Assembly: GCA_965207075.1 (NCBI GenBank)
Contig: CBDBLO010000002.1
Coordinates: 2,016,001-2,080,000, forward strand
Direction: 5' to 3'
Source of the DNA: Nitrosopumilus sp.
GTDB lineage: Archaea; Thermoproteota; Nitrososphaeria; Nitrososphaerales; Nitrosopumilaceae
DNA: 64,000 bases
The translations under genes were made by a program, and so were the position numbers. Numbering within the stretch: the stretch's first letter is position 1; each line of letters begins with the position of its first letter. The notes beneath the pieces were generated by a model that saw only the letters and a program-made list of their open reading frames with translations, had not been told where the DNA came from and did no database searches. This document shows positions 20,953 to 30,399 of the stretch, one piece after another.

Positions 20953-21040
20953 TGGTGCGGAAGATGGGATTTGAACCCACGAACTCCTAAAAGATAGGGT
21001 CCTAAGCCCTACGCCTTTGACCAGGCTTGGCAACTCCCGC
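20953..21040 (-). tRNA. tRNA-Leu(TAG)
   Basis: GCGGGAG...CTTCCGCACCA; anticodon arm TAGGG-CT TAG GA-CCCTA. Confidence 0.96.
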
Positions 21041-21092
21041 ACGCCCGCTACCCCGGACACAAATTTATCTATTGTCAGCGCGCCGTCACGCC

Positions 21093-22541
21093 GTGGGCGC
21101 ATACTTTGGCACAAACGGCATACGCGGGATCCCCGGGCGCGGATTCTTTACGCTCGACTTTGCATGCACCGCAGCGGCCGCGATAGGCTCCCACCTCCTG
21201 GCGTCTGCACGCGACAGTGGCGCGAACCGCAGCGGCGACAACGGGGGCGGCACAACGGTGCTGGTCGGATACGACGGGCGCAGCACGGGGCCGCTCATAT
21301 GCAGCGCGGTGTCGGCCGCGCTCAGCTACGCGGGCATAGACTGCGCGGTTGCCGGCATGCTGTCAACCCCCTGCCTCGAATACGAGGTAAGAAAGAAGCC
21401 GCAGTACGCGGGAGGCATAATGATTACGGCGTCGCACAACCCGCCGGCATACAACGGGCTGAAGGTAGTCGCGTCAGACGGCATCGAGGTATCACGCCAA
21501 GACGAGCTGCGGATAGAGAACAGGATTACGTCCGGGGGGGTCCGCGCGGCAGGGAATGGGGAATGGGGAGCCATATCATCCGCGCGGGAGTTTGACTACG
21601 TGTCCGACGTGGCGTCCCGGGTCGACAGGCAGGCGATATCGTCAAGGGGCCTCAGGGTCGTGATAGACTCCGGAAACGGCGCGCAGGGGCCGTTTGCGGC
21701 GGAGCTGTGCGGCATGCTCGGCTGCCGGTACACGGTGATAAACCGGGAGGTGGACGGCAGGTTCCCGGGGCGGGGCCCCGAGCCCACGCCGGAGAACCTC
21801 TCGCAACTGTCCCGGGAGGTGGTGCGCAGCGGCGCCGACCTCGGGGTCGCGTTTGACGGCGACGGGGACAGGAGCATATTCTGCGACGAGACCGGCGGCA
21901 TAGTAATAGGCGACCGCTCGGCCCTCGTACTTGCAAGGCACATACTGGGCGGCAGCAGGGGCTCGAGTATTGCGACCTGCCTCAACTCCAGCTCGTCGGC
22001 AGAAAAGGTGGCCGCCGAGTTCGGCTCCGACGTCATACGCACCAGGATAGGCAGCGTCGAGGTCTCGCAGTGCATGAGGGAGACCGGCGCCCTGATAGGA
22101 TACGAGGAGAACGGCGGGTTCATGTACGGGGCGCACAACGCGGTCCGCGACGGATGCATGACGCTGGCGCTCATGCTCGACGCGCTGGCAAGCTCCGAGA
22201 TCACGCTGTCGCAGCACGCCGGCCTGCTGCCCCCCTCGTATACTGCAAAGACAAAGGTGAGGTGCGCGGAGAATGGCGGTGGCGGTGGCGGCAGGAGTGC
22301 CGGCAGCACCGCGCGGTCCGTCATGGGGCGCCTCAGGGACGCGCTGGACGTATCGGACGACTCTGACGGCCTCAAGGTCCTGCTGTCGGATGCCGGCAAC
22401 AGGTGGGTCCTGGTGCGCCCAAGCGGCACCGAGCCGGCCCTGCGCGTGTACGCCGAGGCCCCCACCCAGGGCGAGGCCGACGGCATCGTGTCCGAGTACG
22501 CCAAGATGCTGCTCGGGATGGACGGCGTCTCACCATACTGA
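21093..22541 (+). CDS. Phosphohexomutase (phosphomannomutase/phosphoglucosamine mutase family)
   Basis: YFGTNGIRG, ITASHNP, FDGDGDR, RPSGTEP; GTG start at 21093. Confidence 0.93.
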   Translation: MGAYFGTNGIRGIPGRGFFTLDFACTAAAAIGSHLLASARDSGANRSGDNGGGTTVLVGYDGRSTGPLICSAVSAALSYAGIDCAVAGMLSTPCLEYEVRKKPQYAGGIMITASHNPPAYNGLKVVASDGIEVSRQDELRIENRITSGGVRAAGNGEWGAISSAREFDYVSDVASRVDRQAISSRGLRVVIDSGNGAQGPFAAELCGMLGCRYTVINREVDGRFPGRGPEPTPENLSQLSREVVRSGADLGVAFDGDGDRSIFCDETGGIVIGDRSALVLARHILGGSRGSSIATCLNSSSSAEKVAAEFGSDVIRTRIGSVEVSQCMRETGALIGYEENGGFMYGAHNAVRDGCMTLALMLDALASSEITLSQHAGLLPPSYTAKTKVRCAENGGGGGGRSAGSTARSVMGRLRDALDVSDDSDGLKVLLSDAGNRWVLVRPSGTEPALRVYAEAPTQGEADGIVSEYAKMLLGMDGVSPY

Positions 22542-22599
22542 TCATAAAAGAACGCCGTAAATTTTAATATACTAGCGAAAGGCCCCAAAGTCGAGAAAG

Positions 22600-22842
22600 A
22601 TGTCCGTTGATATGGCAGTAAAGGTGCTTGATGAGAGCATCAACCAGGTCGTACTGATAAAGCTAAAGGGGAACAAGACCATCAGGGGAAACCTGCTCGG
22701 CTTTGACCAGCACATGAACCTGCTGCTTGACGCCTCTGAGGAGATACCCGCGGAGGGCGAGGCGGAGAGCCTGGGTTCCATCGTGGTGAGGGGCGACAAC
22801 GTGGTGATGATATCCCCGCCCCCGGCATCGCAGCAGCAGTAG
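22600..22842 (+). CDS. Sm-like (Lsm) RNA-binding protein
   Basis: [12 protein letters not shown] (Sm1), IVVRGDNV (Sm2). Confidence 0.95.
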   Translation: MSVDMAVKVLDESINQVVLIKLKGNKTIRGNLLGFDQHMNLLLDASEEIPAEGEAESLGSIVVRGDNVVMISPPPASQQQ

Positions 22843-22855
22843 TGGGTGGCGTGCA

Positions 22856-23023
22856 ATGGTAAAGGGCACCACATCAATGGGCGGCTTTACAAAGAAAAAG
22901 GTGCACATAAGGTGCAGGCGCTGCGGCAAGAACTCGCTTCACAAGCGACACCACAGGTGCGCCAGCTGCGGATTTCCCGACGCAAAGCGCAGAAAGTATT
23001 CCTGGATAAAGTGGTACACGTAG
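22856..23023 (+). CDS. rpl37e: 50S ribosomal protein L37e (absent from the ORF track, 55 aa)
   Basis: [10 protein letters not shown]...HIRCRRCG...CASCGF; follows the Sm gene as is typical in archaea. Confidence 0.95.
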   Translation: MVKGTTSMGGFTKKKVHIRCRRCGKNSLHKRHHRCASCGFPDAKRRKYSWIKWYT

Positions 23024-23024
23024 A

Positions 23025-24188
23025 ATGCAGGAGATTGCCCTTCTTCTAAGCTCGCTAGCAGGAATTGCCACAGCGGCGGCAGTGCGGGCGAGGTCGGGCA
23101 GCGGCCAGATCCTCACGCTGGGCGCAAGCTCCCAGATCCAGAGCCAGATAAAGGCCCTGAGGATGGAGAAGGAGGTACTTGCAAAGACCATCACCAGGCT
23201 GTACCAAGCAGAGTGGGAGATGCCCAGGGAGCAGAAGGAGGGGCTGCTTGCCAGATACCAGCGCCAGATGGGGATGGTGATGGCAAGGCTTGAAAAGATG
23301 GAGGACGCGAAGAGGCATCCGGACCTGGGCCCCGTCGGGGACGGGCTGATCACGCTGATGGATCAAAAGCTGTCAGGCCTGGACGCAAAGATCTACGACA
23401 TATCGTCGGCCGTGGCCGACATCAAGGCGGTGCAGCAAAAGGCGATAGCGCCCGGGAAGGCGGAGGCGCAGAGTACGGGAGGCGCAGGGGGCGTGGCGGC
23501 GGTGGCGCCAACGGCGGCGGTGGCGCCAACGGCGGCGACGGCAGACACCAAGGTTGCGCCGGACGTGCCGATCCCAGGACAGAGGCGCGTCAGGCCGTTT
23601 GAGATTACCACGCTTACGAGCATCCCTGCCGCGAAAAAACCAGAGTTCAGGATAAAGACGGACGAAAAGAAGGCGCCTGTGGCAGCAGCAGAACAGCAGG
23701 CCGCAACAGACGCGCCGGTGACGCAAAGGCAGGAGCAGATTCAGCAGCCGGGGCGGGGCCTGCAGGAGCAGCTCCCGGTAGAAAAGCCCGCTGCCGTACA
23801 GAAAGGGGATGCGCCAGAAAAGGAATCCGCGCCAGTGGCGGAGGAGGAGAAAAAGATGCCAGACGTGTCATCGCTGATCGTACCCGACGTCGCAACTGCG
23901 ATAGTGCCCAAAACCATACCTAACGCCGCGGGCACGGAAGACGGCGCGGCAGGCAGGCCCGAGCCCACCACGCTGCCCTCCCCAGCGGCGGCGGCGATTG
24001 CAGGCGGCAAGGTCACGCCGCCAAAACAAGATGAGGGCGAGGCGGCGAGGCTCACCGGTGACGACAGCGGCATTCAAGGCGGCGTGGATGACGTGAAGGA
24101 AGAGGAGGAAGATGACAAGGAGCTCGAGGAGGCCATAAGCGACATCAAGAAGACCCTGGAAAAGCTTGACAGGGCGGAGTCCGAATAA
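23025..24188 (+). CDS. Hypothetical coiled-coil/low-complexity protein
   Basis: N-terminal TM, coiled coil, Ala/Pro/Glu-rich tail; tightly packed in operon. Confidence 0.75.
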   Translation: MQEIALLLSSLAGIATAAAVRARSGSGQILTLGASSQIQSQIKALRMEKEVLAKTITRLYQAEWEMPREQKEGLLARYQRQMGMVMARLEKMEDAKRHPDLGPVGDGLITLMDQKLSGLDAKIYDISSAVADIKAVQQKAIAPGKAEAQSTGGAGGVAAVAPTAAVAPTAATADTKVAPDVPIPGQRRVRPFEITTLTSIPAAKKPEFRIKTDEKKAPVAAAEQQAATDAPVTQRQEQIQQPGRGLQEQLPVEKPAAVQKGDAPEKESAPVAEEEKKMPDVSSLIVPDVATAIVPKTIPNAAGTEDGAAGRPEPTTLPSPAAAAIAGGKVTPPKQDEGEAARLTGDDSGIQGGVDDVKEEEEDDKELEEAISDIKKTLEKLDRAESE

Positions 24189-24189
24189 G

Positions 24190-24969
24190 ATGGCGCCAAG
24201 GTCGTCGGCCGCATACGGCGCCGCCATAAGGGCGGCGGCAAGGGATGCGACAAAGTACGTCGCGCGCACCGCCGCCGCGAAAGACGACGTTACAAGGGTA
24301 GGCTTTGGCAGCGGCCGCGCCGCGACGGCAGTCGCAAGGGAGATCGCAGGACTGGTCAGGGACAAAGGCCTCAGGGTAATCGGCGTCCCGACCTCGCTTC
24401 AGATCAAGCTCGTAATCGAGGAGGAGGTGGGTGACGCTATACCCCTCATAGGCGCGGACCAGACGGACATGGTCGACGTAGTATATGACGGCGCGGACCA
24501 GATAGACGCCAGCGGATACGTGGTAAAGGGGGGCGGGGGCGCCCTCCTGCGCGAGAACATACTGTTCAACATGGCGCAGAGGGTGGTGGTAATGGCGGAT
24601 GCCACAAAGTTCGTCAGGAACATATCCAGGACCGTCCCGGTGGAGGCGCACAGGCTCGCCCGCCGGCTGGTCCAAAGAAGGATAACGGAGATGGGGGGGG
24701 AGCCCGTCCTGCGCGTGCAGGACTCTGGGTATCCCGTATTCACCGAGAACGGAAACGTCATTCTGGACTGCGGCTTTGGAACCATACGGGATCCCGGCAG
24801 GCTGACTGGCGCCATAAGGCGCATACCCGGGGTCGCAGAGTCCGGAATCTTTGCAAGGAGGCCCGACATCATATACAAGGCGGGCAGGCGCGGCAAGTTC
24901 AGGGAGATCCGCGCAAGGTCCGGACGCGCCGACGCGTACGGCGAAAGGGATCCGGACCTCAGGGCATGA
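24190..24969 (+). CDS. rpiA: Ribose-5-phosphate isomerase A
   Basis: GFGSG, DGADQID, KGGGGALLRE, TENGN. Confidence 0.93.
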   Translation: MAPRSSAAYGAAIRAAARDATKYVARTAAAKDDVTRVGFGSGRAATAVAREIAGLVRDKGLRVIGVPTSLQIKLVIEEEVGDAIPLIGADQTDMVDVVYDGADQIDASGYVVKGGGGALLRENILFNMAQRVVVMADATKFVRNISRTVPVEAHRLARRLVQRRITEMGGEPVLRVQDSGYPVFTENGNVILDCGFGTIRDPGRLTGAIRRIPGVAESGIFARRPDIIYKAGRRGKFREIRARSGRADAYGERDPDLRA

Positions 24970-25032
24970 GGCGGCAGTCACGCGCGGCGCACGCGCGTGC
25001 GGCAGGTACAGCTCCACGCGGGGGAGGGGCCG

Positions 25033-26439
25033 TCAGTCCGACGAGCCGGGGCGCCCTGCCATCCTGCCATACCCAGGCTTGCTGACCATCTCGAACTCGT
25101 CGGATACGACCTGTCCGCGCACAATCGTCCTGACGGGCCACCCCCGAAGCGTCATGCCCTCGTATACGGAATAGTCCGAAAAGCCCCCGAACATCTCCGA
25201 CGTGACCCTCTTCTCGCGCTTGAGGTCAAGCATCGCAATGTCGGCATCGCACCCGACTGCAATCCGGCCCTTGCCGCGCAGTCCGAATATGCTGGCGGCG
25301 TTCTGGCTGGTCAGGCGGGCAAACTCGCCGACCGTGATGCGGCCCGAGTTGACGCCCTCGTGCAGCATTATCGGCACCGACGTCCCGACTCCCGGGAACC
25401 CCGCCGGCGCGCCCCAGACGTCCTCGCCCCCGAGCTTTAGCGACAGCTGGTTTGCCACGTGGTCCGTCCCTATGGTATCAATGGAGCCGTCCGATATGGA
25501 CTGCCACACGGAGTCCCTGTCGCGGCCCGTCCGGATCGGCGGCATCACCTTTGCAAGGTAGCCGCCCCTCCCCTCGTGCGACAGCGTGAGATAGTGGGGG
25601 CAGGTCTCCACGTATATGCGGGTGCCAAGCGCACGCTCGGCCCTGATCTGCCCGAGGGCCTCGGCCGAGCCCACGTGGACAAAGTATATGGTGCAGCCGT
25701 ACTCGCGGCCGAACCCCGACACGGTCTTGATCGCCTTTGCCTCCGACGTCGGCGGGCGGCTCTCGGACCAGGCGGAGAGCCCGTCGAGCCCCTTTTGCCG
25801 CGCCGTCTTGATTCCGCAGCCGCACATCTCATAATCCTCGGCGTGCACGAGCACGGGGCAGCCGAGCCGCGCGGCCTCCCTTACCGTCTCCCGCACCATG
25901 CGGTCATCCACGTGGACGCTTGAGGGCGCCAGCTCCTTGGAGCCGGGCGGCATGTCCATGTATACGTGGCCCACCTCGCCCCCGAGGTTCATGTATATCT
26001 TAAACGACCTCACGTCGCACTTCTCAGAGCAGAACTCCATGGTGCGCACCTGTTCGGGCGTAAAGACCGACGCGTGTACGGCATAGTCCACGTGGTGGTT
26101 TGCCGACATCGCATCGAGCTGCTCGGGCAGCGACTCGTCAAAGGGGCCTGGAAGCCGGAGCATGCGCATCATGGTGGTTATACCGCCGATTGCGGCCGCG
26201 CGCGACTCGGTCCGGGCGGCCTTGTCGATGGGCGAGTACACCCCGTAGTGGACGTGCGGGTCTATCGGCCCCGGGACTGACACGAGGCCCCTGCCGTCTA
26301 TGCGGACGTCGGCCGGCGGCAGGTCCGTGGTAATGCCGGATATGAGGCCGTCGTCAATCACGATGTTTGCATCCGAGAGTTCCCCGGTGTCCGGAAGCAC
26401 GACGTGCGATCCGGCAATGACTGTGTCGTGCGTGGCCAT
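25033..26439 (-). CDS. Cyclic amidohydrolase (dihydroorotase/dihydropyrimidinase family)
   Basis: IDPHVH, VHAED, ETCPHYL, PPIR, GTDH, DAD. Confidence 0.9.
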   Translation of the reverse strand: MATHDTVIAGSHVVLPDTGELSDANIVIDDGLISGITTDLPPADVRIDGRGLVSVPGPIDPHVHYGVYSPIDKAARTESRAAAIGGITTMMRMLRLPGPFDESLPEQLDAMSANHHVDYAVHASVFTPEQVRTMEFCSEKCDVRSFKIYMNLGGEVGHVYMDMPPGSKELAPSSVHVDDRMVRETVREAARLGCPVLVHAEDYEMCGCGIKTARQKGLDGLSAWSESRPPTSEAKAIKTVSGFGREYGCTIYFVHVGSAEALGQIRAERALGTRIYVETCPHYLTLSHEGRGGYLAKVMPPIRTGRDRDSVWQSISDGSIDTIGTDHVANQLSLKLGGEDVWGAPAGFPGVGTSVPIMLHEGVNSGRITVGEFARLTSQNAASIFGLRGKGRIAVGCDADIAMLDLKREKRVTSEMFGGFSDYSVYEGMTLRGWPVRTIVRGQVVSDEFEMVSKPGYGRMAGRPGSSD

Positions 26440-26493
26440 GCCTGGCGTGGCCCTGCTGCGCTATTATGCCTTGAGGCGTACGCAAGAGGCGTG

Positions 26494-27620
26494 TGGTATC
26501 CAAAAAGTAGTTCCCCCCTCCCTATCTGGCATCGTACTCCTCACCCGTCTGCTCATCTATGATCCTTTCCCCCTTGGGAGCCATCTTTCTCTCAAACGCC
26601 TCTGCAGGAGTCTCGTCGTCATTCAGTGACATGTGCGTCCGGCGGTAGTTGTACCACTGCATGAACAGGTCCATCGGATCGCTCTTCCTCATCATTATGG
26701 CCTCAAACTCGTGCAGCTTGCGCTGTATTTCTCCGTGCAGGCGCTCTATCTTGCCGTTGGTCTGCGGGTGCCCCACGCCCGCGAGTATCTGGCGTATGCC
26801 GAGCTCGACCAGTCTCTTCTCGAACCCGCTCTCGCCGCGCGCCTTGGCCTCTTTCTCGTTTGCGTAGAACTGCACACCGTGATCCGTCATGATCGACGCC
26901 GGCCTGCCGTGGTTCTTGATGGCCTCGTCAAGCACTCTGAGGGCGTTCTCGGTGGTGGCGTTGTCGAAGATTCCATATCCCGTCACGAACCTGGACGCGT
27001 CGTCCTCGTAGCACAGGAACCAGCGGCCGTCGTGCATTCCGCCGTGGATCTGCTTCCAGTCCGTGTGCCACAGCGAGTTTGAGTGCGTGCGCTCGTATCT
27101 GACCCATCTGCGCCTCTTTCTCTTCTTGCCCGGCTCCTCCCGGGCAAGGTTCTCCTCCACCATTACCCTGTGTATGACGCCCAGTGGGATATTAAGACCG
27201 CACTGTTTCCGGATCTTTTCTCGCAGCAGGGATGCGCTCACGTGCTCGCCGCCGCGCGCGTTCAGTACCGCCGCGTGCTCCCTGCGGCCGTACATGCTGG
27301 CAACGCGCCTGCCCATCCGGGGCGGATGAACCACGTCCTTCACCCGCTTGTGCTTGTACCTGGACCAGAGTTTCTTCACCCATCGCGCGGAGACCTTCAT
27401 GGATTCGGCTATCTGAGCGTTGGTGAGTTCACCCTTGTGCTTCTCTTGCAGTATCCATCGTACCTGCTTTGTGTCGAGCCTCACTCTGTCTGGGTTCTCA
27501 CGGCTTACGTATTTACGCCGCCGCCTGCTCCAGACCCACACACCCACATTTCCACTGCGCATGTTGACACACAGCCTGCCTAGGCTCCGGGACAGGGGGT
27601 GAACGACTTTTTGTATAACA
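26494..27620 (-). mobile_element. IS481-like insertion sequence
   Basis: Imperfect TIRs TGGTATCCAAAAAGTAGTTCCCCCCT / TGTTATACAAAAAGTCGTTCACCCCCT enclosing one DDE transposase. Confidence 0.85.
26522..27562 (-). CDS. DDE transposase (HTH + rve integrase core)
   Basis: WHTDWK, DDASR, TDHGVQF, PQTNGKIER, YNYRRTH. Confidence 0.92.
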   Translation of the reverse strand: MRSGNVGVWVWSRRRRKYVSRENPDRVRLDTKQVRWILQEKHKGELTNAQIAESMKVSARWVKKLWSRYKHKRVKDVVHPPRMGRRVASMYGRREHAAVLNARGGEHVSASLLREKIRKQCGLNIPLGVIHRVMVEENLAREEPGKKRKRRRWVRYERTHSNSLWHTDWKQIHGGMHDGRWFLCYEDDASRFVTGYGIFDNATTENALRVLDEAIKNHGRPASIMTDHGVQFYANEKEAKARGESGFEKRLVELGIRQILAGVGHPQTNGKIERLHGEIQRKLHEFEAIMMRKSDPMDLFMQWYNYRRTHMSLNDDETPAEAFERKMAPKGERIIDEQTGEEYDAR

Positions 27621-27679
27621 GAGCGTACGCAGGAGGCGGTTGAAAATGAATAAAAGCGGACTGTGCGGAGCATGCCAGA

Positions 27680-27754
27680 GGGCCGGTGGTTTAGGGGTAT
27701 GATGCCTCGTTCGCAACGAGGAGGTCGGGGGTTCAAATCCCCCCCGGTCCACCA
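27680..27754 (+). tRNA. tRNA-Ala(CGC)
   Basis: GGGCCGG/CCGGTCCACCA with G3:U70; anticodon arm CCTCG-TT CGC AA-CGAGG. Confidence 0.96.
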
Positions 27755-27892
27755 CCATCATGATGTTACAGTACGGGCCCGCGGCCGGTGGGTCCACGCC
27801 CCCTCGGGGGCCGCTGCGCGTGCCCCGCGAGGCGACGGATGCGGCGCGCACCGCTTGAAAACTCTTATACGCACGCGCCGGATGTGACGCGC

Positions 27893-28267
27893 ATGGAGGT
27901 CTTTGACGGCAAGAAGGCGGCGCAGGAGTACATGTCAAAGCACACGCTGGCCTTTTCCACCCCAGAGCTCACGCTCACGAGGTTCGCCTTCTGGCTGGGG
28001 GACACCGTGCCGGACCCGAAGGGGCAGAAACCCGACGGCGTGCCAAGGATGCTGACGTTCATGACAGAGCAGGACTATGCCCCCGTCATGATAGACGACG
28101 ACAAGTACGAGCCGTCCGGGGCGGTCCTGAGCAGCGCCACGTACGGCAACACGTACGGCAAGGAGGAGGCGCCAAAGGAAGACGCCAAGGGCAGGTTCTG
28201 CTTTGAGTGCGGCATCGGCATATCACAGACTGCAAAGTTCTGCCCGGACTGCGGTACCACGCAGTAA
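27893..28267 (+). CDS. Zinc-ribbon domain protein
   Basis: C-terminal FCFECG...KFCPDCG; ATG at 27893. Confidence 0.8.
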   Translation: MEVFDGKKAAQEYMSKHTLAFSTPELTLTRFAFWLGDTVPDPKGQKPDGVPRMLTFMTEQDYAPVMIDDDKYEPSGAVLSSATYGNTYGKEEAPKEDAKGRFCFECGIGISQTAKFCPDCGTTQ

Positions 28268-28326
28268 GTTTTGTTGTAAAATTTCAATAACCAATCCCGC
28301 GCGCCGCCGGCCAGGGGCGGCTGCGA

Positions 28327-28902
28327 TCACAGCCTCGCCCCGCACGCGGTGCAGAACTTTGCGTTGGGCCGCAGCGCGGCCCCGCACGAGGCGCATGCGC
28401 CAGAAGGAGGGGGGGGAGCAGTAGAGGCGCCCGGCTGCGCGGTGCCGGGCTGCTGCCGGTGCACGAGCGAGGGGTCCGGCGACGGCAGCGTGCCCACGTT
28501 TCCAAACGCCTCGTTTGCAGAGACGATTCCAGGGGGCCCTCCCACCGGATTCTGGGCCGTCCCGCTTCTAGGGGGCATCATTCCGGGGCCTCCCGCCCCG
28601 GGCATCATTCCGGGGCTCCCCATGCCGGGCATAAGCCCCGGCGACTGCGTGGCCCCCGACCCGGTGGCCACCGACTTTTTAATCTCAAACAGCACCTTTA
28701 TTGCAAGAAACTCCAGCGCAGAGTACGCGACCACATAGTCCCCGAGCCTCTGAAAGAACTCCTTGTCGCTGATCTGGCCCTTTTTGTACATGTTGTTGGT
28801 GTCAAGAAACGACTCGTAATACCCCTGGGACTCGTCAAAGAGGCTGCTGAGCTTTTCAAACAGCATGTTGAGCGTGTCCACTTCGCCAAACGACATGGCC
28901 AT
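28327..28902 (-). CDS. Zinc-ribbon domain protein
   Basis: Helical N-terminus, Pro/Gly linker, CASCG...KFCTACG. Confidence 0.85.
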   Translation of the reverse strand: MAMSFGEVDTLNMLFEKLSSLFDESQGYYESFLDTNNMYKKGQISDKEFFQRLGDYVVAYSALEFLAIKVLFEIKKSVATGSGATQSPGLMPGMGSPGMMPGAGGPGMMPPRSGTAQNPVGGPPGIVSANEAFGNVGTLPSPDPSLVHRQQPGTAQPGASTAPPPPSGACASCGAALRPNAKFCTACGARL

Positions 28903-28949
28903 GCTCCGGCGCGGACTGTATTAATTACTTTAGGATCGGCGAGCGCGAG

Positions 28950-29276
28950 TCACGCAAGTACTTTGTCTATCATGTCCTGATAGGATTCCTTGGATGCGGC
29001 TCCGATCTGCTGCTTCACCACCTCGCCCTTGTTGAAGAGGAACAGGGTGGGGATGCTGTACACCTGGTACTTGGAGGCCAGCTCGCTGGCCTCGTCTACG
29101 TTGACCTTGACGAACTTGACCTTTCCGTCATAATCGCCCGCTAGCTCCTCTACCACGGGGCCGACCATGCGGCACGGGCCGCACCACTCTGCCCAAAAGT
29201 CCACGAATACGGGAATCTCAGAGTTGATTACCTCCGACTCCCAAGTCTGCGCATCCTTGATTGGTATGGTGCCCAT
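28950..29276 (-). CDS. trxA: Thioredoxin
   Basis: DFWAEWCGPC, SIPT. Confidence 0.95.
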   Translation of the reverse strand: MGTIPIKDAQTWESEVINSEIPVFVDFWAEWCGPCRMVGPVVEELAGDYDGKVKFVKVNVDEASELASKYQVYSIPTLFLFNKGEVVKQQIGAASKESYQDMIDKVLA

Positions 29277-29411
29277 GCAGCCTCCCACAGTATTACCACC
29301 TAAAAACCTTGACAGCTCGGACTGCAGAGTCGGGGGGCGCCCGTGTCCGAGAAGAAAGATGATCACAAGAGTGCCGCATATGCTTAAATCCCTACTTTAT
29401 GATGGCAGATC

Positions 29412-30359
29412 ATGAGTTCGGAACTCAGGGTCAAAAAGCTCAGAGGATCCGGCGGCTACGTGGTAGCGGCCCTGACTGACGAACAGCAGACAAAGGCAAG
29501 CATAGGAGGCCCCGACCTGTTCCTGGCTCCCCTCTGCAGGATGGACACGGACAGGATGTCAAAGCACATGTGCAACATGTGCGACAAGGAGTACGAGGGA
29601 TCCCCGGAGATACATTACGAGAATCCCAACGAGGAGGTCGCCCAGGGCCTGACACTGGTTGAGAAGGGCAGATACTTTTGCAAGGTATGCAACAGTACAA
29701 TCGCAGAGTACAGGGAATTCAGAAAGGAAGACGAGCAGGCGGCGGGCCTGACTGCGGAGCAGCCGCAGAGTCAAGAGCAGCAGCCAAGCGTAGCGCCGAC
29801 GCCGACGGTGGCAGCCGAGACACCATCTGCGCCGCCGCCAGCGCCATCACCATCTGCGCCGCCGCCAGCGCCATCACCATCTGCGCCGCCGCCAGCGCCA
29901 TCACCATCTGCGCCATCACCATCTGCGCCACCTGCCACCACCGCGCCGCAGCAGCAGCCGCTGCAGCCAAACGTGGCAGAACAGTCGCCACAAACACAGC
30001 AGCAACAGCCGCAACCGGCCGGCACGCCATCTGATGCGTCCGGTGTCAGCGACATCAACGGAAGGGTGGTATACGATGAGAATGCGATAAAGATCGGGAT
30101 TGTAAACCGAATTGGCATAGACTCGACAAATGCAATGGTGCTAGTGATAGCAAAGGACGGCGGGGGCGAGGAGGCAATACCGTGGAGCCGCGTCAGAAAG
30201 GTGGGGGAGATAGTACTGCTTGGTGGCGGTGGTGGCCCGGCCGACGCCCCCGTGGCAGCTGTGTCGGCCGACGGCGGCAACAGCGGCAGATGTGGTAGCT
30301 GTGGATTTGAGAACAGAGAAGGCTCAAGGTTCTGCGAAGAATGCGGCGCCAAATTGTAA
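29412..30359 (+). CDS. Zinc-ribbon/PRC-barrel protein with Pro-rich linker
   Basis: CxxC pairs, PRC-like GRVVYDENAIKIG...IPWSRVRKVGEIVLL, terminal zinc ribbon. Confidence 0.8.
   Translation: MSSELRVKKLRGSGGYVVAALTDEQQTKASIGGPDLFLAPLCRMDTDRMSKHMCNMCDKEYEGSPEIHYENPNEEVAQGLTLVEKGRYFCKVCNSTIAEYREFRKEDEQAAGLTAEQPQSQEQQPSVAPTPTVAAETPSAPPPAPSPSAPPPAPSPSAPPPAPSPSAPSPSAPPATTAPQQQPLQPNVAEQSPQTQQQQPQPAGTPSDASGVSDINGRVVYDENAIKIGIVNRIGIDSTNAMVLVIAKDGGGEEAIPWSRVRKVGEIVLLGGGGGPADAPVAAVSADGGNSGRCGSCGFENREGSRFCEECGAKL
29821..29930. repeat. 27-bp coding tandem repeat x3 plus two 15-bp partial units
   Basis: CACCATCTGCGCCGCCGCCAGCGCCAT encoding PSAPPPAPS. Confidence 0.9.
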
Positions 30360-30399
30360 TGGTTGATATTGGCAGCCTCGGCGGAAAACGATCAGTCAG

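Noticed and set aside
27563-27736. Upstream extension of the transposase ORF
   Set aside because: Runs across the TIR and antisense through tRNA-Ala(CGC)
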